From: the human T2T-CHM13v2.0 reference genome, Homo sapiens
Length of the DNA: 64,000 nucleotides
Reading direction: 5' to 3' (one strand)
Assembly: GCF_009914755.1 (NCBI RefSeq)
Contig: NC_060933.1
Numbering within the stretch: the first letter of the stretch is position 1; each line of letters begins with the position of its first letter. Below are positions 27,023-39,979 of the stretch, piece after piece. The notes under the pieces are model-generated. The model was not told the origin of the DNA. It ran no database searches and saw nothing but the letters and a program-made list of their open reading frames with translations. The translations under genes were made by a program, and so were the position numbers.

Positions 27023-29504
27023 TTGTCTTGCTGGCAGGAGGGATGCCAGGTAGGACAGGTAGGAGACAGTCCAAACAAAGCCTGTCTTTTCTACTGGATA
27101 AATGGAATTTCAATTCTCTCTCACCTTCCTTTGCTCATAGAAAGGCCTTTGGGTTCATGGTTTACATGACATCACTTTTGTTAATTCTCTTCTGTTACGC
27201 TACCTACTTTTCAAGTATTGAACCAATAGCAACAACAATAAAGCCATTACTAGTACCAGAAGACTAATAAGGAAAGTACGGCTGTTGGGTTTTATACACA
27301 AATAGTACCTGAAAGTCTTTACAGGCTTTCTCAGCAATGCTATGCAGAGTACATTACAAAAACTACTATTGTAATCATTGGATTTGTGGCTCTAATATGT
27401 CATATACCATTTTGAAAATTTACTACCTACTGTAAAGTTTTCCAATTCTAACTCTTCATTCCAGAAGACTTTTCAAGGTATACTTTGAATAAATACATCA
27501 AATTGAACAAGAATTTTATTAAAAGGAAGACATACTTTATAAATCATATATAAATGGGAGGGAGCAAGAGGCAGACAAAAGGAGAATAAACAAAATTACC
27601 TAAAGAGGAAGACCATCTGTGTTTCATGTAGAAAGAGCTTTCAATGATGCTTTATGAACGCCATTTGGTCTTCTCATAAATCGGCAAACATTCTAAAAAG
27701 GTGCCTTTCAAAATTTTGACCACTATAAGAAACACACACACCTTCTCTGAAATAAAATTTTCATAAGCCATTACTTACCCATACTAATTATAGTTTTCTG
27801 ATTTTTTTAATGCTAGTGATACGTTAAATTTATTTCACAGCTCACTAGTGAATCACAACCCATGATTTGAAAACCTCTATACTAGAAGAATTGCAATGTG
27901 TTAGAATATAAAATGGCAAAGTTGCAAAATTTGACAATTTTGATTGAATAATCACAACCCAACAGCATTTCAGGGTGATTGGAAACAAAAGTCAAACACA
28001 CACAAAAAAGGTCCAAGTAACATCTGCATTAAGAATAAGCTTCAAGTTAAGAGGAAAGGTAAGAAGCAAAGAAGGAAAAATAAATACTTGAGTTATTGGA
28101 ACAAACACATTCAACTCTCATCTCCATTTCATAAATTATGACTATAAAGCCTTTACCAAATACTGGAACAAATTTTCCCAATGTCCAGTATTTTATATGC
28201 TACTGTCCTAATCTGATCTTCTACCAAAATTTCGAGATTAGCTATAGAGAGTAGGGAGATCTGTGGACCACTGGGGATCAGTGTCAGCACCATGTCCTGA
28301 CCCTGACTGGCTTTCTACCCAGAACAGTACAAACCCGGCACAGCAAATCTGCTACTATGCCCTCCTAGCCTTTGCCAGCATTTAAACTAGAGACATCTGT
28401 GGGCAGCCCAAGGGACAGAAAGAAAAGTGTTCTAAGATTGCCAGTTATTTTTAGCCAGATAGCTTCCTTGACCATTGCCTAGAAATACGGTCAAGCCAAT
28501 GTAAGGAGATTATTGGGACTGATCATTACTAATAAGTAACTGAAAAAAGGCCAAAATTAGAAAAAATAGTGAAGTAAGGAGATAACTTCAAAGTAATGTT
28601 TATTCTTCAAAAACGTTATCAAATACTTTTGAATTAGTAACAACCCTGTCACTAGAAGTGTAAGGTTTACTACAGAGGTTAAAATAGATAATCTGAAAAT
28701 CCCTTCCACTGCTGAAAATCTGTAATTATAAGTTTAAACCCCAATATCAAAAAACACCTTTTAGGGGAATTAGATGGTCAGATGCTCTCTTAGGCATCCA
28801 CAAAGGATAATCCTACCCATTAGCAAAAACTTGTAGTGAATGAAGATCACATACCCCACCCCTTCCAAATCAGTGGCTAAACAATGAAGAAAAATATTAA
28901 ATATTCTCTTTCAAAATGCTACTGCCTGGTTTTACAGGTATACACAAATGTTAAAATTTATCAAATTATACATTTTACATATGTGTAGTATATTGTTACA
29001 TCATTTTGCCTCAATAAAACTGGTTAAAAAAATACTATCACCAGCCTTCTATCAACATAAACATGTTACTTCATTCCAATGATCAAAACATCAACATTAT
29101 AGCCCTAATATTTTCTAAGTTTCTCTTTTAAATTTATTTTCCCTTGTATTCAAGTTTTATTATATTCTTCTCACTTTCCTAAGTCATCACTCATTGGAAA
29201 GCATAGATACCAAGCTTTGATGAGCAACAAAATTTTCTGCTGCTATTCAAATGACCCATTATAATGCTATGGAAATATCTTTCCTTTAACAACTTAAATA
29301 ACAGCCTAAAATTCTGCAGATTCCTTAATGACTTCATTTCTTCCTTCTCATTAGTTAAGGAAATGCATTTCTAGGCCAGATCTACCTCTGTGCTACCATT
29401 TTATGGCTCAGCATTCATTTTCTTCCCTCATTCTTTATTACAAAGCTATCCAAAATAAAATCTGAAAATAAGGGAAAGGAAGAAAGCCAGTAAGAACTAC
29501 TCAC

Positions 29505-30209
<705 letters not shown>

Positions 30210-32691
30210 CTGCAAAAAGGGGAGAAGAAAATGAAACTCCCAAAACTAAATAGCAATGAAGAGTCAAAAGAGATCTACATAAAATGATCCTTCTTTGATT
30301 CCTCTCAAGCTATCATTAAAATACCAAAAATATTTTAATATAAACCAAAAACCACAATATAACAGGTGAGAATAGTGTATGTGAGAAACAGGTGAGAGTA
30401 GGTTATTATCAAATAATTTAATGAGGAAAGCTGTTTTCTTAATCATCTGAAGCATGGAGTTTTAAAACATTTCAATTCAACAAATGTTAACTACTGCTTG
30501 TCCTAGAAGATACAAGGATGAATAACACATGGACCCCACCCTTAATAACTATGACGTATCTATGATTGATAGATGTTGACAACCAAAAGACGGGAACTAT
30601 TAATTCTGTTGGGAGCATGGGGCGAAGAATAATTCAAAAATTCATAAAGAAGTAACATCTGAATTAGGTCCTGGAGGATAAACAGGTAGTTACTAGAATG
30701 AAAAGAATGGAAAGGTACTTAAGAGACCAAGGACCAGAATAAACTAAAACAACAGGGAGCAAAGCACAGATTGTATTTGGGGAACACCCAGCTATAGAAC
30801 AAGATTGAGAAGGAGGCAGAAAAATAGCCCAGCTTCACATAGTAAGGTCAGATTACATTAAATTTCAAATGGCTTTGCAATATAAGGAATCATAAAACCC
30901 CCCCAAAAGAAATAAAGTAATTCTCAATTTGAGATAAAAAGCAATTATTTTTATGCTGTATAAAATTTCATCAGTTAAGAACTGTATCTCTCACCCACTA
31001 GGAAAAATAAAAGGAAGTTAATAGAACAAAGATTTCACCTAACCATCAAATGGACTAGAAAGTCTTTAGCAATTACTGTATTTTGATCATGAGAAAAGAC
31101 GTAATTGCTGCCTATTTCATTTTAAATATGATCAATTTTTCCACTCATATAAACATATCAGAATATATAACCTATATATAATCTTTCTGTTTAGGAACAA
31201 AATCTAAGTCCATACTTACCATATTTGTGAACCTCTACCATTAATAGTAAGAATAAGAAACAGAGAAGATCCTGGACATGCAAAAATCCACATCAATACT
31301 AAAAGAAGAGCTCTTTCTTGCTTACTTCCACTTCCTAATGGAACCAAAGACAAATAAATGTCCAGATTTTCAACTAGAATTTACATCTTCAGGCTTGCTT
31401 ATTATCTTTCACCCTAACTCACCCATTTAAGCCAATGATATGTAAACCAATCCTATATTCCTTAAATATCTAGCATGACACAGGACAGTAAGCAAGCAGG
31501 GGCTATGCTTTTCACTAAAATGAACAATCTACTTATTGGGTATATGCAAAAACAAAACAACAAAAAATATATATATAGGTACATGTATAAGCATCACAAA
31601 GTAATATCCAAATGAAAACTTATTGTTCTATATTAGTAGAAATATATTTTTTGGTTTCTTAATAAATTTTTTTTTGTCTCATTTGCTCAACAACAAAATG
31701 ACATATAACAAAATTATTCCATTTATTTTCTGGAGTGGTTTCAAAATTCTAAACTGAATGAAGTTACTAAGCAAAGACTTGTTTTTATGCACTAAATTAG
31801 ATAATTCCTTAGAAAACATCATAATCTGAGATTTAAAAGGAAAATTCTAAAGATAGGATTCATATTACTAAAATTTCATTATTTTATAAATTCTATTACA
31901 TTTCCTGTCATGTTAAGCAATACTATGAATAATTAAAATAAAGTATAATGGACAAACCAAATTAAGGAACAACATTTTGAAATCTAATATCCTTGAGTTT
32001 TTTTCAATAGGCTTGTTGACTTACTGATTTTTGAAAATTTGCAATCAGTATTCTAATTATGGCTCTAGAATACTCAAGTATCACTGTTTAATATTCAACC
32101 TATATGAAGTATTATACACATATTTTGTAAATAAGTTTTAAAAGCATACAATTTTTAACCTACCAACATATTTCTAATGTTAAGTATTAAAAAACAGCAA
32201 CACTCCAGCACCAGGAAGGAAAATAAAACTTCTGTATAGATCCTTCCATGATATATTTTTAAAATCCTTCTTTAGAACAAACTGGAATTCTTTAATTCAG
32301 GGTACACATTGGTATCTGACACAGCTTCTTGTGTCATAAAAAAGTTAAGTTCCTTTTTTAATTACATGCATATAATGCTAGGTACAAAACTCTAGAAATA
32401 TGTCTTTTTATAATGTTTTACTTCTCATGTTGGTCTGGGTATTGAATGTCTACTGTTACCTTTTTATCCACTCAATAAATCTTGGTACAAGCAAGTGACC
32501 CAGACATTCTTGTTCTTTCCTTTTTTGTAATTACCACCTCAAAAATCTTTAAGCTAAGAGAACAAAAGAGGACAAACACATTCCATAACAATGTCTTAAA
32601 TAAAATTTAAAAAATAAAAGGAGAGAGAGCAGTTTTTAAGGCAGCATTTTCTTTGTCCTGGGCCCATGACCAATGTCAAAGTTCAAATATA

Positions 32692-33214
32692 TTGTCACCA
32701 GTCTCCATGTTTGTTCATGTAATACATGTAAAACAGTGGCTCAGATACACAGCCAGACATTAAATTGTCACTGACACAGAATAAAAGCTTTCACCGATTT
32801 TCAGCCTATCTATCTGATACTTATATACATATGGGGGTCTTGTCACCAGTCTCCATGTTTGTACATGTAATAAATGTAAAACAGTAGCTCAGATACACAG
32901 CCAGACATTAAATTGTCACTGACACAGAATAAAAGCTTTCACTGATTTTCAGCCTATCTGATATTTATATATATATATTATATATTATATATATATGGGG
33001 GTCTTGTCACCAGTCTCCATGTTTGTACATGTAATAAATGTAAAACAGTGGCTCAGATACACAGCCAGACATTAAACTGTCACTGACACAGATTAAAAGC
33101 TTTCGCTGATTTTCAGCCTATCTGATATTTACATATATTATATAAAAATATATATATTATATATAAATATGTATATCTGATATATATATATAATATACAT
33201 GGGGGTCTTGTCAC
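32692..33214. repeat. Tandem triplication: ~120-bp conserved core plus variable (AT)-rich spacer, with units of 148, 164 and 204 bp
   Basis: Units start with ttgtcac at 32692, 32840 and 33004, and a residual start at 33208. The core ccagtctccatgtttg...gattttcagcctatct is nearly identical across copies. Confidence 0.95.
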
Positions 33215-34104
33215 TGGCTTTTTAAATTTTTCAATTAACCATTAACCTCAACGTTAAGTACCACTGAGCAGCACAGACTAATTAGCATTCAATGTAAAGT
33301 TTACACATGTATAATTCAAATTCTCTTCGCCTGAGGCTGATTAGGACAAACTGAATATCAAGCAATCTAACACAGAGAGCACGTGTGCATAATTCAAATC
33401 TCAAATATTTAAGGCAAATGATTGTTTAAACATAAATATACATATATTTGCACTAACTTTACAACCTGTGACTATAGGATACAATATTTTCTCTCATCTA
33501 TTCAGATTGCACTGAATGCTTCCTTGTTTTAATTTTTTGGAACAGAATGGGTATCTTTAATGTTTAATCTCTTCTAATACTACTTGTCAGCAACTCAAGT
33601 GGAGGACTTAAGAAAAAAATCAGAACTACTGGCCAGAATAAGGTTTTCTGATTATATGTGGCTTTCAGTTTCCATGTTATCTCCAAGTCTACTTTTAAGA
33701 ACCACTGACAACTCATAGCTGATTCTTGGCTTCCGTTTCTTCCCGCTGGCTATCCCTCTTATTTTTGGTCTCTGTTCTACTTTAACTGGCTTCTGTCTTG
33801 TGAAAGATTTTCAGATCAATCATATTTTGTTCAATGAAATTTGCATATAGACAAATAAACTCTCCCAGAAGAGTTTTACTTATCAAAACCAACAAACTCT
33901 CCTAGAAGTTTATTTGTTCAAACTGCATTTTTACAAGGACACTTCCTAAAAATTGTAGTGTGGTCCAAGAGGTTATGCATATGTAGGGGTAGGAAAAACC
34001 GTGACAGTCAAAGGTAAGGTTCCAAAATACAAGTCTCCTCTAAAATGTCAATAAACACACAATGAATAACACAGAGGGATGACAAGCCATCTGAAACTAC
34101 AAAT

Positions 34105-34171
34105 AGCTTTGTGCAGTGGCAGGATCATAGCCAATGAGGTTTATGCGAGGCACAATTACTGCTAACTGAAA
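34105..34171 (+). pseudogene. 3'-truncated U4 snRNA retropseudogene (first ~67 nt of U4)
   Basis: agctttgtgcagtggcaggatcatagccaatgaggtttatgcgaggcacaattactgctaactgaaa aligns to the U4 5' end (AGCUUUGCGCAGUGGCAGUAUCGUAGCCAAUGAGG...UGCUAAUUGAAA). Direct repeats ctgaaactacaaat (34091-34104) and ctgaaactacgaat (34166-34179). Possibly one of the annotated RNU4-xxP loci. Confidence 0.92.
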
Positions 34172-34390
34172 CTACGAATGGAGTATTAAAATTCAGAATT
34201 CTGGGGTCAGGGGAGGCCTTGAATTTGATTTACTTTTCCCACTTCAATCCCAAATCTAACCCCATTTACGTCTCTTGAACTAGTTAGCTCTGGGGGCAGC
34301 AGGCAGTGGCCTGAAGAATGTGGCCACGAGCTAACGGGCGTCTTGAGAAAAATAATTGGTGCAGGATTTGCTCTGCTTGACCCAAAAGAG

Positions 34391-34568
34391 TTTATTTGTT
34401 TTTTTTAGAGATGGGGTCTTGCTGTGTTGCCCAGGCTGGAATGCAGTGGCTATTCACAGGCATGATCACTACATGCTACAGCCTGGAATTCCTGGGCTCA
34501 AGTGATCCTCCTGCCTTGGACTCCCAACAAACTGGGACGACAGGTGCACGTGCCACCATACCCAGCTT
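34391..34568 (-). mobile_element. FAM/FRAM-type fossil Alu monomer
   Basis: Contains the 7SL-like segment gcagtggctattcacaggcatgatc; agagttt flanks both sides. Confidence 0.8.
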
Positions 34569-36486
34569 CCAGGAGAGTTTCACGCACACAGGTATGGCCA
34601 GCCTTCCCAGCACTCAGAAGGCACTTGATACAGGAGGAGAGTCTGCTCTTAGGGCTGCAGAATGTAAGGAGATCAGAAGGAAGGCACAGAATCCTCTAGG
34701 TGTATAAACAAGAAATAGATAATATGCTTGCTGCTACTGTGCAGGTTGAGATGCCTGTACCTTTCATCACTTATAGAATTACAACAGCCTAAAGTCCCCT
34801 AACAGCTCAACCTCAATCCCAATGCACATATAAGTGACATACTTAAGGGTGGGAGGAAATAGGAGGAAGCAGATCTAACAGATTTTCTGGAGGAGAAAGA
34901 TGAAATATTGAGGTCAAAAGCAGTATGACTACTTAAGGAGAATCAAGTGAAGTATAAAAAATAACTTCTGGAAAAAAATGTTTAATTAAAAACTAAAATT
35001 TAAATATTTATATTCTCAAGCTGAATAATTCAGTAGATAAAGTAGAAGATCGATGCTAACTGGCAGTATAAAAGATCAAATGAATGAAATTTCAAAGCAC
35101 AAAGTAAAAATACAAAGCGATGAAAGTCATAATGGGAAAAGAGAAGAGCCTTGAATGGATCAAGGAAACCTAACATACAGCCATAAGAAGAGTTCCAGAA
35201 GGAAGAAAGAGAAAAGACAGAAGAGGTAATAATTAAAGTAATATGGAAAAAAATTTTCATAAACTAAAGAGAGGGCTGAATTACAATCTCACAGAGCTCA
35301 CTATACTTAAAAAAAAAGGGAAAGAAAAAAAAAAACCTGACAAGTATCCAGAAAGAATAATTACTTAAAATTGAATAATAATTAAACTCACATTGTGCTT
35401 CTCATTTGTAATACTGAAATCTAGAAGAAAGAACAGTAACATCCAGACAGCTGGGAGAAAAAGAAGTAGAACCCAAATATCCCACACACACAGTCTGTTG
35501 CGAAAGAAGTATTTGCCAAAATTTAAGAATTCAAATAGCACATCAACCACTGTCCCCGCCAAAGGAAAGGACTTGAGAAAAGAGTCTAGTCAAACAATAA
35601 CTGAACCAGAAACGTTTTATGTGTGGGAAGGGAAGAAATGAGGGGTAAAATGTATCTTGCACAATATACAGATTTAAATCTAAATGAAAAAAAAACTGTA
35701 ATATAAGTCCTCAACATGAATTCCTGACACAGAAAAGTCTAACAATCTGGACCTAAACAACTAAATTATTTCCACAGAAATTTAGGAATGAAAGAGGATT
35801 AGGGTGTCAAGGTGAAAGAAAGTGCTGGTATCTTTTTTTATGTTAAAGTGGAATAAAAATTGGATTATGAGCAATTAGAAAGGAAGGTGGTCATTTATTA
35901 AATGGAAAAGTGCAGAACTGTCACATAAAGGGAAAATGGAAAATGAATATCAACTTGAAAATATAGGCAAAATTAAGAAAAGTGAAAAAAGTCACAAATA
36001 TGAATAATGAACAAGGTGAAAAGACAGTAATAAGATCAAGTATAACTTAGAATAAAAATGGAAGAACTGAATTCTCCCTCTGGAAAATAAACTGTCAGAC
36101 TGGGCTAAAAAGACAAAGATCAGATAAAGGCTGTTACAAGAAATACTTTAAATCAATTGATTGAAAAAAGTTTAAAATAATGGAATGGGCAAAGAAATAT
36201 CAGCTAAATGCCCCCAAAAGAAAGTATGAGTGCTAGATTAATATCAGATCATGTGGAATTCAACGTTGAGAGTACCAAATAGGATAAAAAATGTAAAAAT
36301 CTAAATTATATAAAGCAAAAGGTATTTAATAAGAAGATTTAAAAATACTTAGTTAAATGAGAAATCAATATATCTTTGTCATAAATTGACAGACCTCATA
36401 AAACACAATGAGTACAGACACAGTATAATTGACCAAAACAACCCACACGCTCATTTAATAATTATACGTAGAATTTTTCTATCTCG

Positions 36487-36621
36487 TTTTTTTTTATACT
36501 TGAAGTTCTAGGGTACATGTGCACAACGCGCAGGTTTGTTACATATGTATACATGCGCCATGTTGGTGTGCTGCACCCATTAACTTGTCATTTACATTAG
36601 GTGTATCTCCTAATGCTATCC
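36487..36621 (-). mobile_element. Young primate L1PA 3'-terminal fragment (~135 bp)
   Basis: ttttttatacttgaagttctagggtacatgtgcacaacgcgcaggtttgttacatatgtatacatgcgccatgttggtgtgctgcacccattaac...tatctcctaatgctatcc is the reverse complement of the L1PA 3' end. Confidence 0.92.
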
Positions 36622-36765
36622 TTGAATAAAGTTCAGAAGTTTTATATGTATCCATAGAACACTGATAAAAATCAATCATAAGGTAACATAAGCTTTAAAA
36701 CACCCCTTTTAAAATGTTTGTATAGATTACATTGGCTACCCTACTCCAAGAAAATTAGAAAATTA

Positions 36766-37075
36766 GGCCAGGCACAGTGGCTCACACCTGTAATCCCAGC
36801 ACTTTGGGAGGCTGAGGCAGGTGGATCACTTGAGGTCAGGAGTTCAAGACCAGCTTAGCCAACATGGTGAAACCCTGTCTCTACTAAAAATACAAAAATT
36901 AGCCGGGCCAGGTGGCGAGGGCCTGTAATCCAAGCTATTTGGGAGGCTGAGGCAGGAAAATCACTTAAACCTGGGAGGTGGAGGTTTCAGTGAGCCAAGA
37001 TTGCGCCACTGCACTCCAGCCTGGGCAATAGAGCAAGACTCTGTCTCAAATAAATAAATAAAATAAATAAATTAA
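36766..37075 (+). mobile_element. AluS
   Basis: Full dimer with an (AAAT)n tail. Confidence 0.92.
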
Positions 37076-38849
37076 AGACAAATAAATCAAAAGAAAACAA
37101 TGAAAATAGCACTTCATATAAAAAAAACTCTGGAGGCACAGAAAAACATGCTCCAGGGAAAATTCATAGCCTTTATTGCGTTTGTTTTTTAAACAAAAAA
37201 GAAGAGGTACAAGGAGAAGAGAGAAACCAAGTACAAAGCTAAACTTAGTATTCACTTTGAGAAACTGGGAAAAGATCCACAAAACATGCAAACATTATAA
37301 TACCCAACATAATGAAGAAAGTAAAAGAAACAAGTTTCACCAACATCAGTGCTTTAATTATATAATTGTATAATGTCCTGACATATATGTTTAGTGTTCC
37401 AATCCTAAGGAGAAATTTGCCAAGTTAATTCTGACTTAAAGAAAATTTACAATCTACTTCTCTACATTAACTGAAAGAAGTGAAATTTCTTGCATGTAAA
37501 ATTTCTTGAATTAAAAACTCAGATTTTCCATAAAAGGAATAAGATTAATGAGGAGACAGCAATTTAGAAACATGTCAAAATAGGTACTTAAATACCAAAA
37601 GAATCAACCCATCAATTGGCAGAGAAAGAGAGAGAGAATGTACTAAGGGAAAGAGTGAAGCAAAATGGACTGCTGATGCTTTTTATAGGATTTTTAGCAA
37701 GATATGAGTTCATATTGTAAATGTTTTATTAAAAATTAATGTTATAATAAAATTATAAAACAGAAAACACCTTAACAATTGGTAGGATTAATGTGTTTTA
37801 AAGAATCAAAACCTATTTAAACACCGAGTCTAAACAGAGCCACTGAGACCCAAAATCTAACATGTCTCAGTCAATGGGCAGAAGACTAAAAGAACATGCC
37901 ACAAGTGGAAGAGAAATGGCACTTGAGAAGCCCAAGAGTCTTTCGTTCAAAACAATATATGTGGCCAGTGCACAAAAAGGACAAAAAATATTTATACACA
38001 CTCAAGAAAAAGAAAGGTCTCCTGTTATGAAATACAATGCTTTGGAAGGTTTTACTTGTTTCGACTTTTGAATAATCTCCCATTTTTTAAGGTGACATTC
38101 AACCAGAAAGTTAGAGGGAACTCTACAATATATCCTCGCAGATCCAAAATAATAAAGCCATTTCTAGACCTGACCAGGGAAGAGCAGCAGTTTTACAAAA
38201 CTAAAGAATTACATCCTTAAATTCCTCAATTTACCCAGATCTGTAAAATAACCAATATAGATATAACCACACTTACAGAAATACAAATAAGTCTGGATTT
38301 TGCACTAATGACGAAAGATACAGCAATCATCCTAACAGTTAAGCAAGAACCAACACATAACATGAAAGAGCAAAAGATGATGCTGACCGTTCAAGGAGAG
38401 ATTCGAGAGAATAATGAAAGATTCCCCTCAGCCATACCTGACTATGAATTCTGACAATTATTTATTAGGAAAGACAGGCCTTAATAGCAGCCGCAAAGAG
38501 TAGTGACATCTGGGAGTAGTGACATCTGGGAAACAAAAGAAACCCACCTGAAAACTTTAAAGAGGAGATCAATATTAACTAATCACTTTAGGAAGGTCAT
38601 CTGGTAGCAATGTGGGACAGTGATGGTGACAATGATGGTGACAGTGGTGGCAGCGGTAATAGCTTAATGAATGCTTACTAATCCAGACTGATGTAGAAGT
38701 TTTATCATTATTAACTCAACAATCTTGTGAAATAGCTATTATTAGCCCCAATTTATAAGTGAGGAAACTGAGGTACGAATATCAATGTGCCCAAAGACAC
38801 ATATATAATTAGTGATAAAACTGACACTCAAGCCCCCAGTTAGTCTGAC

Positions 38850-38974
38850 TTCTTTTCTTTGGAGATGGTCTTGCTCTGTTGCTCAGGCTGGAGTGCAGTG
38901 ACCTTCTAGGCTCAAGTGATCCTCCTTCCTCACCCCTTGCAAGTAGCTGTGGGACTAAGGGCATGCACCACCAC
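38850..38974 (-). mobile_element. Partial Alu right arm with an internal deletion, inside a MIR; inverted copy of 39605-39729
   Basis: 116/125 identical to the reverse complement of 39605-39729. Confidence 0.9.
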
Positions 38975-39232
38975 TATATTTTTATAGTCTTAACCACTAC
39001 ATTTTTATTTACACTTGTAAAGTCAGTGGGTTTCAAAATCAGCTGTCAATCTTGCCAATATAACCTGGGCCAGAAATGAAAGAAGATATAGAATGGGGGA
39101 GAGGCTCAATGACTGTAAAAGAACATCATCAAAAATATGCCTGTTGTCTAGGCAGAACTATACAAATGAAGTTCTATTTATTTCCAGTAGAGGGGGTAAA
39201 ATATTATTTTTTGGCAGGTGATTAAAAAATGC

Positions 39233-39979
39233 AATGGGCCCCCCTGGCCCCCCATATCCAAGGGTTCTGTATCCACAGATTCAACCAACCACGGACCAAG
39301 AATATTCAGGAAAAGGCCAGGTACAGTGGCTCATACCTGTAATCCCTGCATTTAGGGAGGCCAAGGAAGGAGGATCACTTGAGCCCAGGGGTTCGAGACC
39401 AGCCTGGGCAACACAGTGAGACCCTATCTCTACATTAAAAAAAAAAAATTAGCCAGGCGTAGTGGCATGTGCCTGTAGTCCCAGCTACTCAGGAGGCTAA
39501 GGCGGGTGGATATTGAGCTCAGGAGTTTGAGACCAGCCTGGGCAATATAGTGAGACTTCATCTCTACTAAAATAAAATTAAAAAAAAAAAACTAGCTGAG
39601 TGTGGTGGTGGTGCATGCCTGTAGTTCCACAGCTACTCGCGAGGGGTGAGGCAGGAGGATCACTTGTGCCTAGGAAGTCACTGCACTCCAGCCTGAGCAA
39701 CAGAGCAAGACCATCTCCAAAGAAAAGAAAATATTTGGGGGAAAACTCAAAATAATGCACAATTTTAAAATACAGTATAACAACTATTTACATAGCACTT
39801 ACATTGTGTTGAGTAGTATAACAAATCTAGAAATAATTTAAGGCATACAGGAGGATGTGCATAAATTATATGCAAATACTATGCCATTTTGTACAAGGGA
39901 TTTGAGGATTCATAGATTTTGGCAACTGAGAAGGTCCTGGAACCCATCAATCCCCTATGAATACTGAGAGGCAACTGTA
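39233..39979. mobile_element. MER2-like (Tigger family) DNA transposon split by a trimeric Alu (39316-39729)
   Basis: atatccaagggttctgtatccacagattcaaccaacc...aatacagtataacaactatttacatagc...ggtcctggaacc...atactgagaggcaactgta; three Alu arms inserted. Confidence 0.8.

Larger units (their letters stand above)
34880..37330 (+). mobile_element. Highly decayed L1M ORF1/ORF2-start remnant, interrupted by an L1PA fragment and an Alu
   Basis: Strongly A-rich plus strand with ORF1-like (agagttccagaaggaagaaagag...aaaattttc) and endonuclease-like (ggaatgggcaaagaaatatcagctaaatg...atatcaga) motifs. Confidence 0.6.

Noticed and set aside
30210-30215. ORF-track start 'MQ' of the 266-aa ORF
   Set aside because: TTGCAG is the splice acceptor, not a start codon
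32692-33214. Repeat-spacer pattern superficially like a CRISPR array
   Set aside because: Repeats are ~120 bp, spacers are low-complexity (AT)n, the DNA is human and no cas genes are present. It is a VNTR.
38498-38529. 16-bp tandem duplication gagtagtgacatctgg x2 (also an 18-bp repeat at ~59270/59298)
   Set aside because: Ordinary slippage duplications with no sign of function
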